From Paramecium tetraurelia (taxonomy: Eukaryota), in NCBI GenBank assembly GCA_000165425.1, contig CT868044.1:153363-217362 (forward strand): a stretch of DNA of 64,000 nt, in the 5' to 3' direction. The position numbers were made by a program, and so were the translations under genes. Numbering within the stretch: the stretch's first letter is position 1; the number at the start of each line of letters is the position of its first letter. The notes below the pieces were generated by a model that was given only the letters and a program-made list of their open reading frames with translations, was not told the origin of the DNA and did not search any database. Shown here piece after piece: positions 39,393 through 52,746 of this stretch.

Positions 39393-39682
39393 ATCTTAGT
39401 ATATTTTGAATATTAATTTGATGTTTTTGATTTTTAAATCATTAATTTTATACTATCATACTCTTAATTTAATTTTAACTTGCTTTATACTTAATTAAGG
39501 ATGTAATTAGATTGTTCATTCTTCATATATTGCATCTAATATTAATTAAGGTTCTTAGTACTATTTTCATTCTCTTTTGTTTAATCTCAGAACTACTATA
39601 CTCATATTATCACTTTAATATTAATATTTTATTAAATATAAATTTATTTATACATGTGTCATAATCTAAAACTAAATAAGTC

Positions 39683-40289
39683 TCATTTCAAAGCATTTGT
39701 AATTGCTTAAGCTAATTTCACAAGTTCACTAACATAACTATATATTAATTAAATGCTTACTTTGCTTGGAGTGAATTTCTATTTGAGTAAGATGATTCGA
39801 TCTTATTTCTTAAAGATACAATCTCATTCAATTATATGTTCTCAACCAATGATCTTTTTTATTAAGTTCTGTAGTTTAATTCAACAGGTTAGTAAATTGT
39901 TGATTGTTGTCTATAACTTTATATATTGTTTCTAAATCCCATTGAACTAAGACTCATTAATCTAATACCTTATTGTTTTCTTAGGAGACTACTCGTCATA
40001 CTTTTTGGTTGATGTGATTTTAGATTGTAGAGAGGAGGTTGATTAAAGTCTTGTGTATGAGAAATCTCTTATTCTAGCCTATAAATTGTCGAATGAAGGA
40101 ACAGTAGGCAAGTTTTCTTTTCTGCCATAGATTATCGTTTTACCTAAACGAATTAAATTGCTTGGATCCAGAGTTATTATTGTATTGAAAAGGTGGTATT
40201 AATTTATCTTTGACTTGATTCCGTATGGTTTTGATATCAAAATTGATATCGAGTGGTCTTTTGGGCTTTTCTAACCAAGTCTTTGACAT
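39683..40289 (-). CDS. Hypothetical protein
   Basis: ATG at 40289 (MSKTWLEKPKRPLDINFD...), coding-like with inferred short introns; no family recognised. Confidence 0.5.
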
Positions 40290-40826
40290 AATTTATATTA
40301 ACGAAATATATTTATTAATTTAAATTACAATTCAATTCCAAAAATATTGACTTATTGAATTTATTCTAAAAAGTGCCAAATCATCAGACCTTCATTCGAT
40401 AATTAAGAGATTCATGTGATTATAATTTGATTATTAAAAATATAATTATAATCTCGCGGTTTATATTAATAATCGTAGTTATATGTTAAGAATTATAATA
40501 AATATGGATAAGTTTAAGAATAATTTACATAATTTTATGGTTTGAATTTGGTTGTGATATTCATTTTATTATTTGTACATAATTGTTTGCGTAAGACAAC
40601 ATAATTGGAACAATTTGCTTGTAATGTTTATTGATTAATAATTTAAACAATCTTTAATCTATATGAAGGTGAAAATCACTTGTATTCACATATAAGGATT
40701 TTTAGAAAAGAGACTTATTTAATAAAATTATCCCTTTAAATTTGACATCGAAATTCTGATCAAATTTTGTAAATAGACTTTAAATGAGAAATCTTATAAT
40801 TTAATAATTTTTATTACAATAGAAAA

Positions 40827-43800
40827 ATGTCGTAAGATGATTATTTTAACTATATTGATATGGAAGAGTGTGGCTAACAAATCGATTTCGAATAATTAGG
40901 GCAATTTGGCAGAGAACAATAAAATTGTACTTTTAATGATTATCAAAGCTTAAAATGGGCAATAGTTTATTTAAATAGTCGATCCCAATAATATTGAAGA
41001 TTCAGGATTTGTGTTTCTGTTGTAAGAAGCAAGCACCTCTCAATTAGAAGAAGCTATGTTGCAAGATGTTTCCATGTTTTTCAATCGAGAGGCCAAGCTG
41101 TATAATTACCTTGCCAATTTATTTCAATTGACGGATTTAGACATGCAAGGTACATAATCACATCCAATATTTAATAGGTGCCCCTGAGTACATTAATCAA
41201 TTAACTAAGTTATTGAAGATGTTCTTCTAAATTCATGAAGTGGGATAGCATTCAGAGTTTTCATATTAATTAGCATAATAATATGGTTTAAAAGATTTTA
41301 AGACAGGATATCCTTTTGGATTCCTAATTAATAGTGATCAATCATTGATTCTTCTCTTGTTGAAGATTATTTTAAGTGAAGAAATCTTAAATAAGGAAAA
41401 TGATTTCTTCTCTCAAATTAGAATGTATTTGCCAAGATATTTAATATTTTCAATGAATCCCCCCAAGCCATTTATAAGTAGAACTCAATTGCAATCATTG
41501 CAAAACTGTGTAGTCAATAAAGTCAATAACGAACTCTTTGAAACAAATTTCGAAAGACCCTACAAACTAGATTTGTTGGCATTGTCATATTTCTCAGATC
41601 CATAATTAAATTTTCAGTTGTTTAAAGAAACAGTCGATATACTGAGATCTATCCTTGAGAGGTAACCATATCAATCCATATCTAATAGTCTTTTGGAGCA
41701 GAAGAATTCTTAAACGGATATAAATAGAGAAATCCAGAACTTACTGCAATTTTTCTTGGCATTTACAACCAATCAAGAAATATTGATATCCTTTTTCAAA
41801 CTCAACTTACACAAGACCCTCTATAATAATCTGAGATTATGCTAGCCAATCTTTGGATGCAACAATCCACCTCTCTGGTCCAAAGAACCTTTAATAATTG
41901 AGCAAATAGTAACTTTGATTGTGAGAATTATGAGTTCTGATCAAGTGGATCAATAATTCATTGACATTCTCCATGAAGATTTCACTTTTTTTTTGAAACA
42001 CCAGAAATTAGATCTCATATACAAAGTTCTCTTGCCTATTTTGAATAGTGAACAAGGCAAATTGGTACCTGTTTGTTTTCATCCCAAATTGAGTGTGTCT
42101 GAGAGTAAGGCTGAAACTGAGAAGTTCCTCTCAAATCAAACCAAAACTATGGCAGGATCCTCGACATTAGTTACTGAATTGCTAACTAGAAATCAATGCG
42201 ATAAAATAACTTAATTAGTATAAGACAATCTCAACAAAAATATCCAGAAGTAATAAATTCCGAATAAAATCAAAAATGAATAGGTCTAGATGGAACTAGA
42301 GTTTAATGATTAAGCAATGTAAGATCTATTTTAAGAGGATGTTTAATGGGAGAAATTTTAGTTTGAACCCCATAATGTGGTTTAGTAAAAATAGCCAATT
42401 CCTCTTCAATAAAATATTATCATCAATGAAAATCAGAGACAAATTGCAGGTTCTTGGATTCATCTGCATTCGTTTAGTGCATTCAATCCTCATTTTGATT
42501 CTTAAATTCTGACTAAAGTATTAGACAATAGAACTAATGTATTATTCATTTTTGAAATGATGGTAGGTTAAGAGAATGTCAAGCTTGTATGTTTTGTGAA
42601 TCATTTAATTTAAGATGGAAGGAGATAAAATTATGTATAGGCGAGATCAAACGATTCTTCCTTTTATGTAATGATGGTGTAAGATGAACATTTCTGGCAT
42701 GTGAATGCATTGGATGGGAAGCCTCATGTCTTATTAGATATTTAACAACACATGGTTCAGATCAGTCATCATAATGAGCCCATTGCTTGTATTAACTTCT
42801 CTGATTTTCAGTAGAGTAAGTTTGGATTTCCATTTAAAAATTTGCAAGAGAAGACCCTCTTAATGGATCAAATTAATGCTGCTTTGTAGGGCTTAGAGTG
42901 TTATTTGTTATAGATAGCAATACACACTTTTGATGTTAATAAAGATAATTTATTTGAAGATGATGTTCAATCATTGAAAAAGAAGTACGAGAAACATATG
43001 AATTATTACTATTCTTAATTGAGAATGCAAAACATTCAATTTATTCCTCAAACAGTAAGTGGCAAGGAATTGAGTTAGTTGTTGGATGAGAATCTAGAAA
43101 TCGAGTAATTGAAAGAGTATTCTATCAATGATATCAATGTGATTAAGCCAGTTACTTAATAAATATAGATTAAAAGTAAATAATAGAAGCCATTGTTGAC
43201 TTATTTTGAATAGAAGATAGGTGGTATATTCATGATATTGGATTATGTTAAGAAGTATTTAGATTAAGTGTAGGCAGAGAAGTAATATAAAGATTTGGTA
43301 AACGAATTGGGCATTTTGTGTTAGATTGAGGGATTTCAAGAATAGATTGTTTAAAGTGAAGGGTTCTTGCAGCAATTATTGGCATTGGCTTATTTGAATA
43401 AGAAGCAAGAGTGTAAGGAGATCTACCAGAAGATCAATTCATTGGTTTATTCACAATTGATTCAGTTGTTGTAGGAGAAACCATACCTTAAGATAGTTGT
43501 GATATTGGAGCATAAACTCTTGGAGAAGATAGTGAGTAAGACAGAATAACAATTGAATTTGATGAGTCAAAATGCTCAACCTTAGGCATAGGTGAAATTT
43601 GAATAGCCCAAGATGCTCTTAATGAAGAAGCAGGCTGCTAATTAAGGAAAACCTAAGGGTATTGGATATGGAGACATTGAATACAAGGGATTCAAATATA
43701 TTAACGAGTAATAGCAATTCAATTTATAGCAATAAAAATAGTAATAAGAACCAATTGTGAATTAATTGGAGAAGAAATTTAATGATCAAGACATAAATTT

Positions 43801-46800
43801 GGAGAATCTCTTAAATTGTATAATCCAATTGTTGGATCTTTAATTTATAAATGCAGGACTACTTGATTCTATCCAATAATCTAAAATAATCGACTTATTG
43901 ATTAAATATTTGTAGAATGTCAACATAACAACATTGGAGGGTTCAAAGACATTTAGTCAGATCTTATAGATAATAGAATGTTTAGCTTAAAGAGAACTAA
44001 CATTGCAATTATTCATATCAAAAGAAAATACCTGTTTGTTCAGATAGATGGAGTCCTTCAATCAATAAGTAATAATGTTTATTAAGACATTCAATTCTAA
44101 AATAGAAGAACTAAATAAATTTTTAACCTTGTATCAATATGTGGAAAACTGTTTGTATGCTACCAGACTCATAACTATAAAATACCTATCCTAAGATTAA
44201 TAGAATAATGTAGATGTTAAGATTAATATGCATCAATTTTATCGACCCTTTATGAAAAGATTGGCAGTTGGAAAGTGTGAGATAAAGACTGATGCAGATT
44301 ATCTGTCCCATATGAAAGAGTACTATTAATAAACGAACAATCCATCACAAAATAAGATGTAGAAACTAGTCTCTGAAATATCAACAATCGAAGAGAATCT
44401 ACCCCTTGAAGCAACCAATTCCATCTTCTTAAGATATGATACCGATAGAATGGATTGTATGAGGACCATCATTTTTGGTGCCAGTGGTACACCTTATGCC
44501 CATGGAGCATTCTTGTATGACATGTTTTTTGGAGATGATTATCCCTAAAGACCTCCAAAGATGAAGTTGGCAACAACCGGACATGGCAAAGTAAGATTTA
44601 ATCCCAATTTATATAATTGTGGAAAGGTGTGTTTGAGTTTACTTGGTACATGGGGTGATAATTGGATTGCTAATTTCTCTACAATTTTATAGATATTGGT
44701 TTCAGTTCAATCTATGGTGATGAGTGAATATGTTATGTTTAATGAACCAGGATGGGAATCTTAGATGGGAACTCCTAATGGTGAATAGGCCAATAGAGGA
44801 TATTGCAATTTCATTAAGATTTAGAATATTAGATATGCTATGGTAGAATAATTACAGAATCCACCCAGAGGATTCGAAGCAGTAATAAAGAAGAGTTTCT
44901 ATTTGCGTAAGGAATTGATAATGAAGGAGATTGAATTATGGGTAGAATAAGCGAATTTGCCAGCCACTTACAATCAAACTTAGAATCAATGTATTTACAC
45001 TCAATAACCATAACAATACAAACAAGATCTAATTAAGGTATATGATGAATTGATGGTGGAATTGGAGAAATTGAAATTCAATATTGGAAAGGATTTCCAG
45101 ACCATTTCAAATGAGAAGAAGAAGGAAATCACCTTTAATCTAGACTATAAGTAATAACAATAACAATAATTAACCAATAAAAAGATAATGCCTTAGGGTT
45201 TGAATATCAATGATATTGACATTAGTTATAATAACAATGTGCAATAAAGACAGTTTGATTCAAATGATCAGAATCTACAGAATTTGATGAGTAGATATAT
45301 AGGAGTTGTGGGTCTGGATGCAGTCAAGAAACAAAGTGAATCCACTATTTTCATCCATACTTTGAATGGCCTAGGCATTGAAATAGCAAAGAACATAGTG
45401 TTATCAGGTGTAAAGAGAGTGATCCTATTCGATCCTTGTCTAGTCCAGATGAGTGATTTGGGCAGTAATTTCTATTTGACAGAATAGGATGTGAATAAAA
45501 GAAGAGATTTTGGTGTTTTAAATAAATTGAAGCATCTGAATCCATATGTCAAAATTGATGTTCTCTAAAACAGTCTAGACGAATTGAATTTAGATGAGAT
45601 CTAAGTGTTTGTCACTTAGGATCCATCTATTGCAAGCATAGCATCCAATTAAAATAAACTTGCAGTTGTCTTGGCACAAACACGGAACATTTTTGTCAGA
45701 ATTATAACTGATTTTGGTAATGAATTCACAGTGGTTGACAAAGATGGTGAATAATCGTCAGAAGTCAATATTGAGAATATATCTAATAATGTTGTAACTT
45801 TGTTTAAGAATCAAAATCATAATCTAACTGAAAATGACTTAGTACTTATTTAAGAAGTCAAATAAGAATAAGGCATTGGAGAGAGTTACAATTAAGTATT
45901 CTAAATAAAGAATGTTAAAAGATAATCATTTGAATTAGTGACTAATAGAGTATTTACTAATTATGTTAGTCATGGTATAGCTTATCAATAGAAATAACCG
46001 ATTAACTTATTGTTTGATAGAATCTAGAAGGTAATTGGCTCATTCGATCATTATTGCGATAATGTTGGAACTTTTGATGGAATTGATAAAATTAAAAGGG
46101 ACATCATTCATTTCTGTTTGAATACTACTACAAATGATTAATTGACTGACAATTGGGATGTTGAAAAAATTAAAATGTTCATACTCTCAATGAGACAATA
46201 AAATCTAAGAGAAATCCTCAATCTTAAATACCAAGAAGATGTGCTTTATAAATATCAAGAAGAGTTAATATCATTGTTGACATTATTGTCAATCAATACA
46301 CAATTCCAACCTTTATGTGCTTTAATTGGTGGAATAGCAGCCTAAGAAGTGTTGAAAGCCATAAATAAAAAGTATACTCCAATCCATTAAGTCTATGTGT
46401 AATCATTTGAAGATGTGCTTCCATTTAAATTGACTGAACTTAATTTTGCCCACATTGGTCCATCAAACAATCTTGAAATCAATTTGAATAAATACCAAGA
46501 ATGTATGTAAAAGTTCGGATTCAAATCGTATTAAAATACAAGATATAATGATTTGGTCAACACCGTTGGAAACACACAAAAAATATTCAATGCTGACGTA
46601 TTTGTAGTTGGAGCTGGAGCCATTGGGTGTGAATTGCTTAAGAATTATGCAATGTTAGGTGTTAGTAAATCTGGAAAAATATATGTCACTGATCCAGACA
46701 TCATTGAAAATTCAAATCTAAGTCGTTAATTCCTCTTTAGAGAAAAACACATTAGAAAACCTAAAAGTTTGACTGCAGCTGCCGTTGTCAAATAGATGAA

Positions 46801-48367
46801 TCCAGATATCAATGTAGTGGCAAGATTAGATAAGGTATGTCAAGAGACTCAAGACATCTATCATAATGGCTTCTACACATAAATGAAGTGTGTGACAAAT
46901 GCTTTGGATAATGTATAGGCTAGATTGTTTATTGATTCTAAATGCGTTGAAAATAAAGTGTCTTTAATTGAAAGTGGTACCTTGGGACCAAAAGGACATG
47001 TATAATCAATTATCCCTGAAGTTACAGAAAGCTATGCAAGCAAATAGGATCCTGAATAAAACAATGACATACCCTATTGCACTTTGAGAATGTTCCCAGA
47101 ATCCAATATCCACTGTTTAGAATGGGCACGTGATAAATTCGAATAGTATTTCTTTAGAAAACCATAAGCTTTGGTGCAATTAATGTAGGATCCCTCTCCA
47201 TAATAATAAACTGTTGACTTGGCCATCAAAGTGTTAAAGAAGTACCCTACGACATTTTAGTAATGTGTATAAATGGGAAGGCTGAAATTCCAAAAGCTCT
47301 TCAACAATGACATCATGGCCTTAATGAATGCCTACCCCATTAATTCTGTAACCAAAGAAGGCAAATTATTCTGGGCTCCTCCCAAGAGACCTCCTAAGCC
47401 CATAGAATTCTATGGAGAATCTGCCTTCAAATTTGTTGAGGACTTTGCTCTATTAACAGCATAAATCTACAATATTGCAATTCCCAATTAATATGATTTG
47501 AATCTCTTACTGTAGAACTTTTAGATTCCTAAGATGGACATAAAAAAGAATAAGATTCAAGAGATAGTCGAAAAATAAGATAAAAATAATTAACAATAGT
47601 AGATGGAAGTGGAAGTCAAAAATTATGATCAGCTTATTAAAGAAGCAAAAAAATTATTGAGTAAGGTTAAACCAAAATTGCCATAGCCTTAACAATTCGA
47701 AAAAGATGACGACACTAATCATCATGTATCCTTCATTACTGCTGCCACTAATGGTAGAGCAATTAATTATGGTATCTAATAAGTTGATTGGATGTGGACC
47801 AAATTAAAAGCAGGAAGAGTAATATTATTTATTTATCATCTTTCTCTAGATTATTCCAGCCATGGCCACAACGACTTCATGCATTGCTGCTCTACAGACT
47901 TTGGAATTGATTAAGATTCTCTTGAATTCATCTTAGTATAGAAATACATTCTTAAATCTTGCCATTCCATTTATGATGTAGAGTGAACCAGGAGAAGTTG
48001 AGAAGGTAATTATACTTTTATTAATGTTTTCAGTTTTAATTGAAAAATGGATTAGACATATCAATCTGGACTAAGTTGAAACTCGAGGTTAAGAGATTGA
48101 CTGAACCATTACAATATATAGTGAAACAAATAGAAAATATGGTAGGAGAAGAAATAAAGAGTCTTTAATAAGGGGCAAAAGTGTTCTATATGAAATAGAT
48201 GTTACCGAAAGATGACGAAGAAAGATATAATTATATCAACACTCCAATTTACCAATGCATATAGGTATGTTTTGTAATTTATAATTTAGTTTATTAATGA
48301 TTCAACATAAATAAATGTACAAATAAGTGACAACAAATCGTTATTAGTGCAAATCACTTTGGTTTGA
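40827..48367 (+). CDS. Giant fusion protein: helical N-terminal region, BIRC6/BRUCE-type UBC (E2) domain and complete UBA1/UBA6-type ubiquitin-activating enzyme (E1), ~2468 aa
   Basis: Introns 40927-40948, 41150-41177, 47819-47849, 48006-48033 and 48265-48289; one exon 41178-47818. [12 protein letters not shown]...YPQRPP...[21 protein letters not shown] (Cys 44630-44632). E1: SRY...[66 protein letters not shown] (Cys 47078-47080), [19 protein letters not shown]. Confidence 0.93.
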
Positions 48368-48572
48368 TTTATAAAATGATATATTTCTGTTAGTTATGAA
48401 ATATTTATCTATTTTAATTCAGTTATATTGAATCTCTTTCGTTTTATAAGTGATATCTCATTGACTCTCTTTTTAAGAATAAGAGAACTTGATAATAAAT
48501 CAATTTGGAGTAGTCTATAAAATATATAAATAAAATCAAATATAAAATCAATATAAATCTTATAATTAATAT

Positions 48573-50071
48573 ATGTTTAGAAACAGGAAATACTTCTGTC
48601 AGTCCATAACATTTTATCAATAAGAATAACTACTAAACAAAGTGCTGAAGGACTGCGAAGACTGCTTCAAACAATTGGATCAACATGGAAAATCTATAAA
48701 GAAAGACACAAAAGACATGTTCATTAAATTTACACAAGCAAAAGTATTGATTCATTTGAATCATTAGTTATAAGACCAAAAGAAATTATTAGAGACTGAC
48801 TCTGTTGGCGTATTTTAGATGCTATTGGACATTATCGAAAATGTAGCACATGATAAACCTTTGATGACATATATATTGACCACCATCGATGCAATAATAT
48901 CTGGTATAATTATGTAATGAGATCATAGAAAATCAGAGACTATTCAAATAATTCATGCGAGCATTGACACCACAGGTTGTACCTAAATTAAAATAATTCT
49001 TGTTTCTTGATGGATATGACAAAGTGGTTTATGAAGCAGCAGCTAAGATAGTCACCATGATCATAGCAGATGAGGGAGGAAATGATGCAAAAGAATGGGT
49101 CATATTATTTATTGGAGGAATAGGTATATTATAATATTAATATAGGAAATAAACTAAAGATTTCAGATTAAATGATTATGCCAATATGCGTGCATTTTCT
49201 TAAACACGATTCATTAGCAATATAATTTATAAAGAGTGGTGGAATTAAGATGTAATAATCTTATATCTATATACATATAGAGTATCTAATCAATTAACCA
49301 AATATCCAACAGACTTGCATATAGCTTATTACACAATTTTAGCATTATGGTTATTGAGTTTCACTAATGAATCAATTCCATTATTCAATGACCCACAACT
49401 TGGTTTGATCAGAATGATTATAGAATCAGTATAAAAGATTTCAAGAGAAAAAATCTTGAGAGTTTCCTTTGCTTGTTTCAAGAATTTGGTTGATGTATCA
49501 GCCTAATGCATTGAATTGATGGTTGACAATGGATTAATCAAAGTGGTTGATTTATTGTTGAAAGGAAATCTCAAGGATTAAGATTTAATAGATGATATCA
49601 AATATGTTGGAGAGATATTGGAGAAGAACATGAAGATTTTAACGTAAATAAATTGATTAAGAATGTTAGTTCATTTGAAAAATATGTGAAGGAATTAAAT
49701 GCTCAAAATTTAACTTGGAGTCCAGTACATACTGAGAAATTCTGGAAGGAGAATGTCAAGAAATTCGAAGAAAATGATTTCTTACTTATTAGGTAATTAA
49801 TGTATTTTTAGAGTATAGGAAATTAGCAGAAATCTTGAAATCAAATAATAATCAAAATATTGCTGTGGCTTGTTATGATTTGGGAGAATTTTGTAGATTC
49901 CATCCATTTGGTAAAGTGTAATATGAATTATGATTTAAATTCATTAGTGTTTTGGAATAATTAAATGCAAAATAAGAAATTATGAAATAAGCAAGGAATG
50001 ATGATTAGATGATTAGAGAAAATGCCTTGTTGTCATTACAAAAAATCATGTTGCATAATTGGTAAGTTTGA
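48573..50071 (+). CDS. ATP6V1H: V-type H+-ATPase V1 subunit H
   Basis: SREKILRVSFACFKNL, SFEKYVKEL...LTWSPVHTEKFWKENVKKFEENDF, AVACYDLGEFCRFHPFGK, ALLSLQKIM; many short introns. Confidence 0.93.
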
Positions 50072-50131
50072 GAGAACATTAATATATATATATATATTAA
50101 ACAGTATATTCAAATATTAATTAATTTATAA

Positions 50132-51525
50132 ATGTCTGAATAGTAATCAGGTTAAGTAATCAATTATTAGTAATTCTTTAGGATTAATTGGATGTAACAG
50201 CAATGATGGATGAGTTGTATGACAAATTAATATTATTGAATTATGAACAAAGTTATTTAAAATAGAAGTAAGTGAAGTTCTATATCTATAACTAGAGGTG
50301 GTAAACCATTGAATAGAGCATATTTTGTAAATCAAACTAATTCTAGTGAATAATTCAATTAATTCAAAACGTAACTTTTGAATTGTATTTGAATAGATTA
50401 GTCAAATGGCTATTTCAATAAAACGATGTACAGACCAGTGATTTTAACAAACTTGATGATCCTGTGACTTTATCTCAGAATATAAGTAATTTCTTTATAC
50501 ATATGTAATAGTAAATGAATTGAAAAATATTGGGATCGAAGTTGACTTTCCTCCAATTAAATTGAAATAAGGATTTGGAGAATATGTTGTTTATGTGTTG
50601 CTGTAATTGGCAACCAAAGCATTACAAAAAAAGAAATTCCAATACAAGAAAGCAAAAATTGAATAATAGTCTTAAACGTAACTAATCATCCTAATCCATT
50701 AGAAGACAAGATGATGAACCAGTCTAAGAAACAGGAAGTGTGTCATCAGATTCAGATCCAGATGTAGCATCAGAAGAAGAGCCTGAAGATGTATTTACTG
50801 AATAGGGATTTCAAAAAGAGTAACTATATTATTCAAATCTAAAAGTGAAGACAAAATGGTGATAGAATCCAATGTGAATCCAAAGGAATGGGCTAAGGAA
50901 GTTGAAAGAGCCGCTCAGAAGATTAAGATAGTCATCAAACCTGATGCAGGAGAATGGAGATAACATTTTGATGCCACCAAACAATACTCAAATTCAATTA
51001 AAACTATTCTCCCAGAAGCAAGAATCAAATTAGAGAGAATTAGTGATGAATTGGGAGAGATCTTGGATAGAATCACAAAAAGAGAATATAATATCAATGA
51101 GAATATGAGTGAAATGGTAAGCAATCTACTTAATTCTAGTGCCTTGAATTCAAAAAGAAAAATGAAGAATATAAAAAGATTGAACTCTAGTATCAGAACT
51201 ACACAAATGCCAAAAAAGAAATGACTGATTAATACAAACAAATACAAGAGAAATTTGAAACTGTTTAAAACAAATTGAATGAACATGGTAGTGTCTCTAC
51301 TAACTAATCTCCTGTCATAAGTATCAAGGCTAGTCTCACTAAATTGAGAGTATCTAAATTATAATTACTATTTAATAGTTGGAAATTAAATAGATGGATC
51401 TCAGAATTGGAGTTCTGTCTCACACTATCCTTCAAAGAACATTTCATGATGCCAAAGCCATTCAAGAAAGAGACTACCATGAAAATGGACTAATCCTAAA
51501 TGAATCTGATGAATTTACAGATTGA
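50132..51525 (+). CDS. IFT57: Intraflagellar transport protein 57 (IFT57/Hippi)
   Basis: MDELYDKLILLNYE, PLNRAYF, DDP, DFPPIKLKQGFGE, EWAKEVER, EWRQH, MDLRIGVLSH; many short introns. Confidence 0.9.
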
Positions 51526-52746
51526 AATTTATATGTTAATACACCATTTAATTTAGTTAATACACTTATTATCTAACGAATACATTTAATTTAATAGAGT
51601 TTAGATAAAATATTATTTAATTAAGCTTAAAAGTTTTGTAATTCAATTAGAAGTATATTCTCTTTTAGGGATCGCTAGAGTAAATTTATTCTCTATAGAC
51701 AAATTCATTTTATTTTTAGAAAATAAATTTTACTAAATTATTATACTAGAATTTGATAATGATATTATTCATATAAACTAATTCGAATCTAAATTAGGAA
51801 TAACAAAAAGAAATTCTATGAATGAATTTAAATAATTAAAGGGGGAAAAAGTAAACCACAAGTAGGAATAAAATTAAAATTTACATCTAGAATTAATATT
51901 ATAATAAAGGATTATTAGAGAAGATCTAATTTCATTTATAATCATTTGATCTTACTTTCATTATTCATCTTCATTTTGTAAAATGATTTCACAAAATCGT
52001 AACTTTTATTTTGTTATAACTTGACTTAAGATTTATTTAATAATTGCTATTTTAATTCAAAACTTCTTTGTGAGTTTTGATCTTAAATCTCAAAAGGATA
52101 ATTTTTCTTTTGTTTTTAAAAATTTAGTCAATTAAGAACTTATCGATCTATTAGAATATTGAAGTTTATTATGTGGTGATTGTCCTCTAGATTAAGTTAT
52201 AGACATTTATTTAAAACTGGAATTATCTTGTCTATTTTATTTAATATCTGACATTTCAGTTTTAATTTAATTTGATTATTTTTGGGTTGGTTTTCTTATC
52301 AATTATGATTGAATAGAATATTATTTTTTGATGAATTCTGTTTATTAATAATTTTTAGGCTTCTGCTTTGAAGTATTAATCTAATATATTTTATTCATCA
52401 ATTCTTTGAAAGCTTTTGTGTTTGTAATATTATCTAGGGAGATCAATTACTATTATTATTTAGGAGATTCCTTGCACTCTATTTATTCTTCTTCTGTTCG
52501 AGGGAACACATATTATCTATTTGTCTCACTCTTAAGAAATCTCTCCTCTATTTTTTAAATTGATTTCAATTTAGATTTTTCTAGGAGCATAATCTCTTAA
52601 ACAGGTTTTTAATAGTTATGGATCATTTCTATGAGTATCCTACTTTTGGAAGTCTTTTTATCATTAATTTGCATTACGCAATTTTATAATTATAATAATA
52701 AATTTGATGTTAAATTATCAAATAATTTTGTATAAGAAATATGTAA

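Noticed and set aside
44945..45284. Reading the UBC and E1 regions as two adjacent genes
   Set aside because: There is no TGA, frame change or AT-only spacer between them; the linker translates continuously in the same frame.
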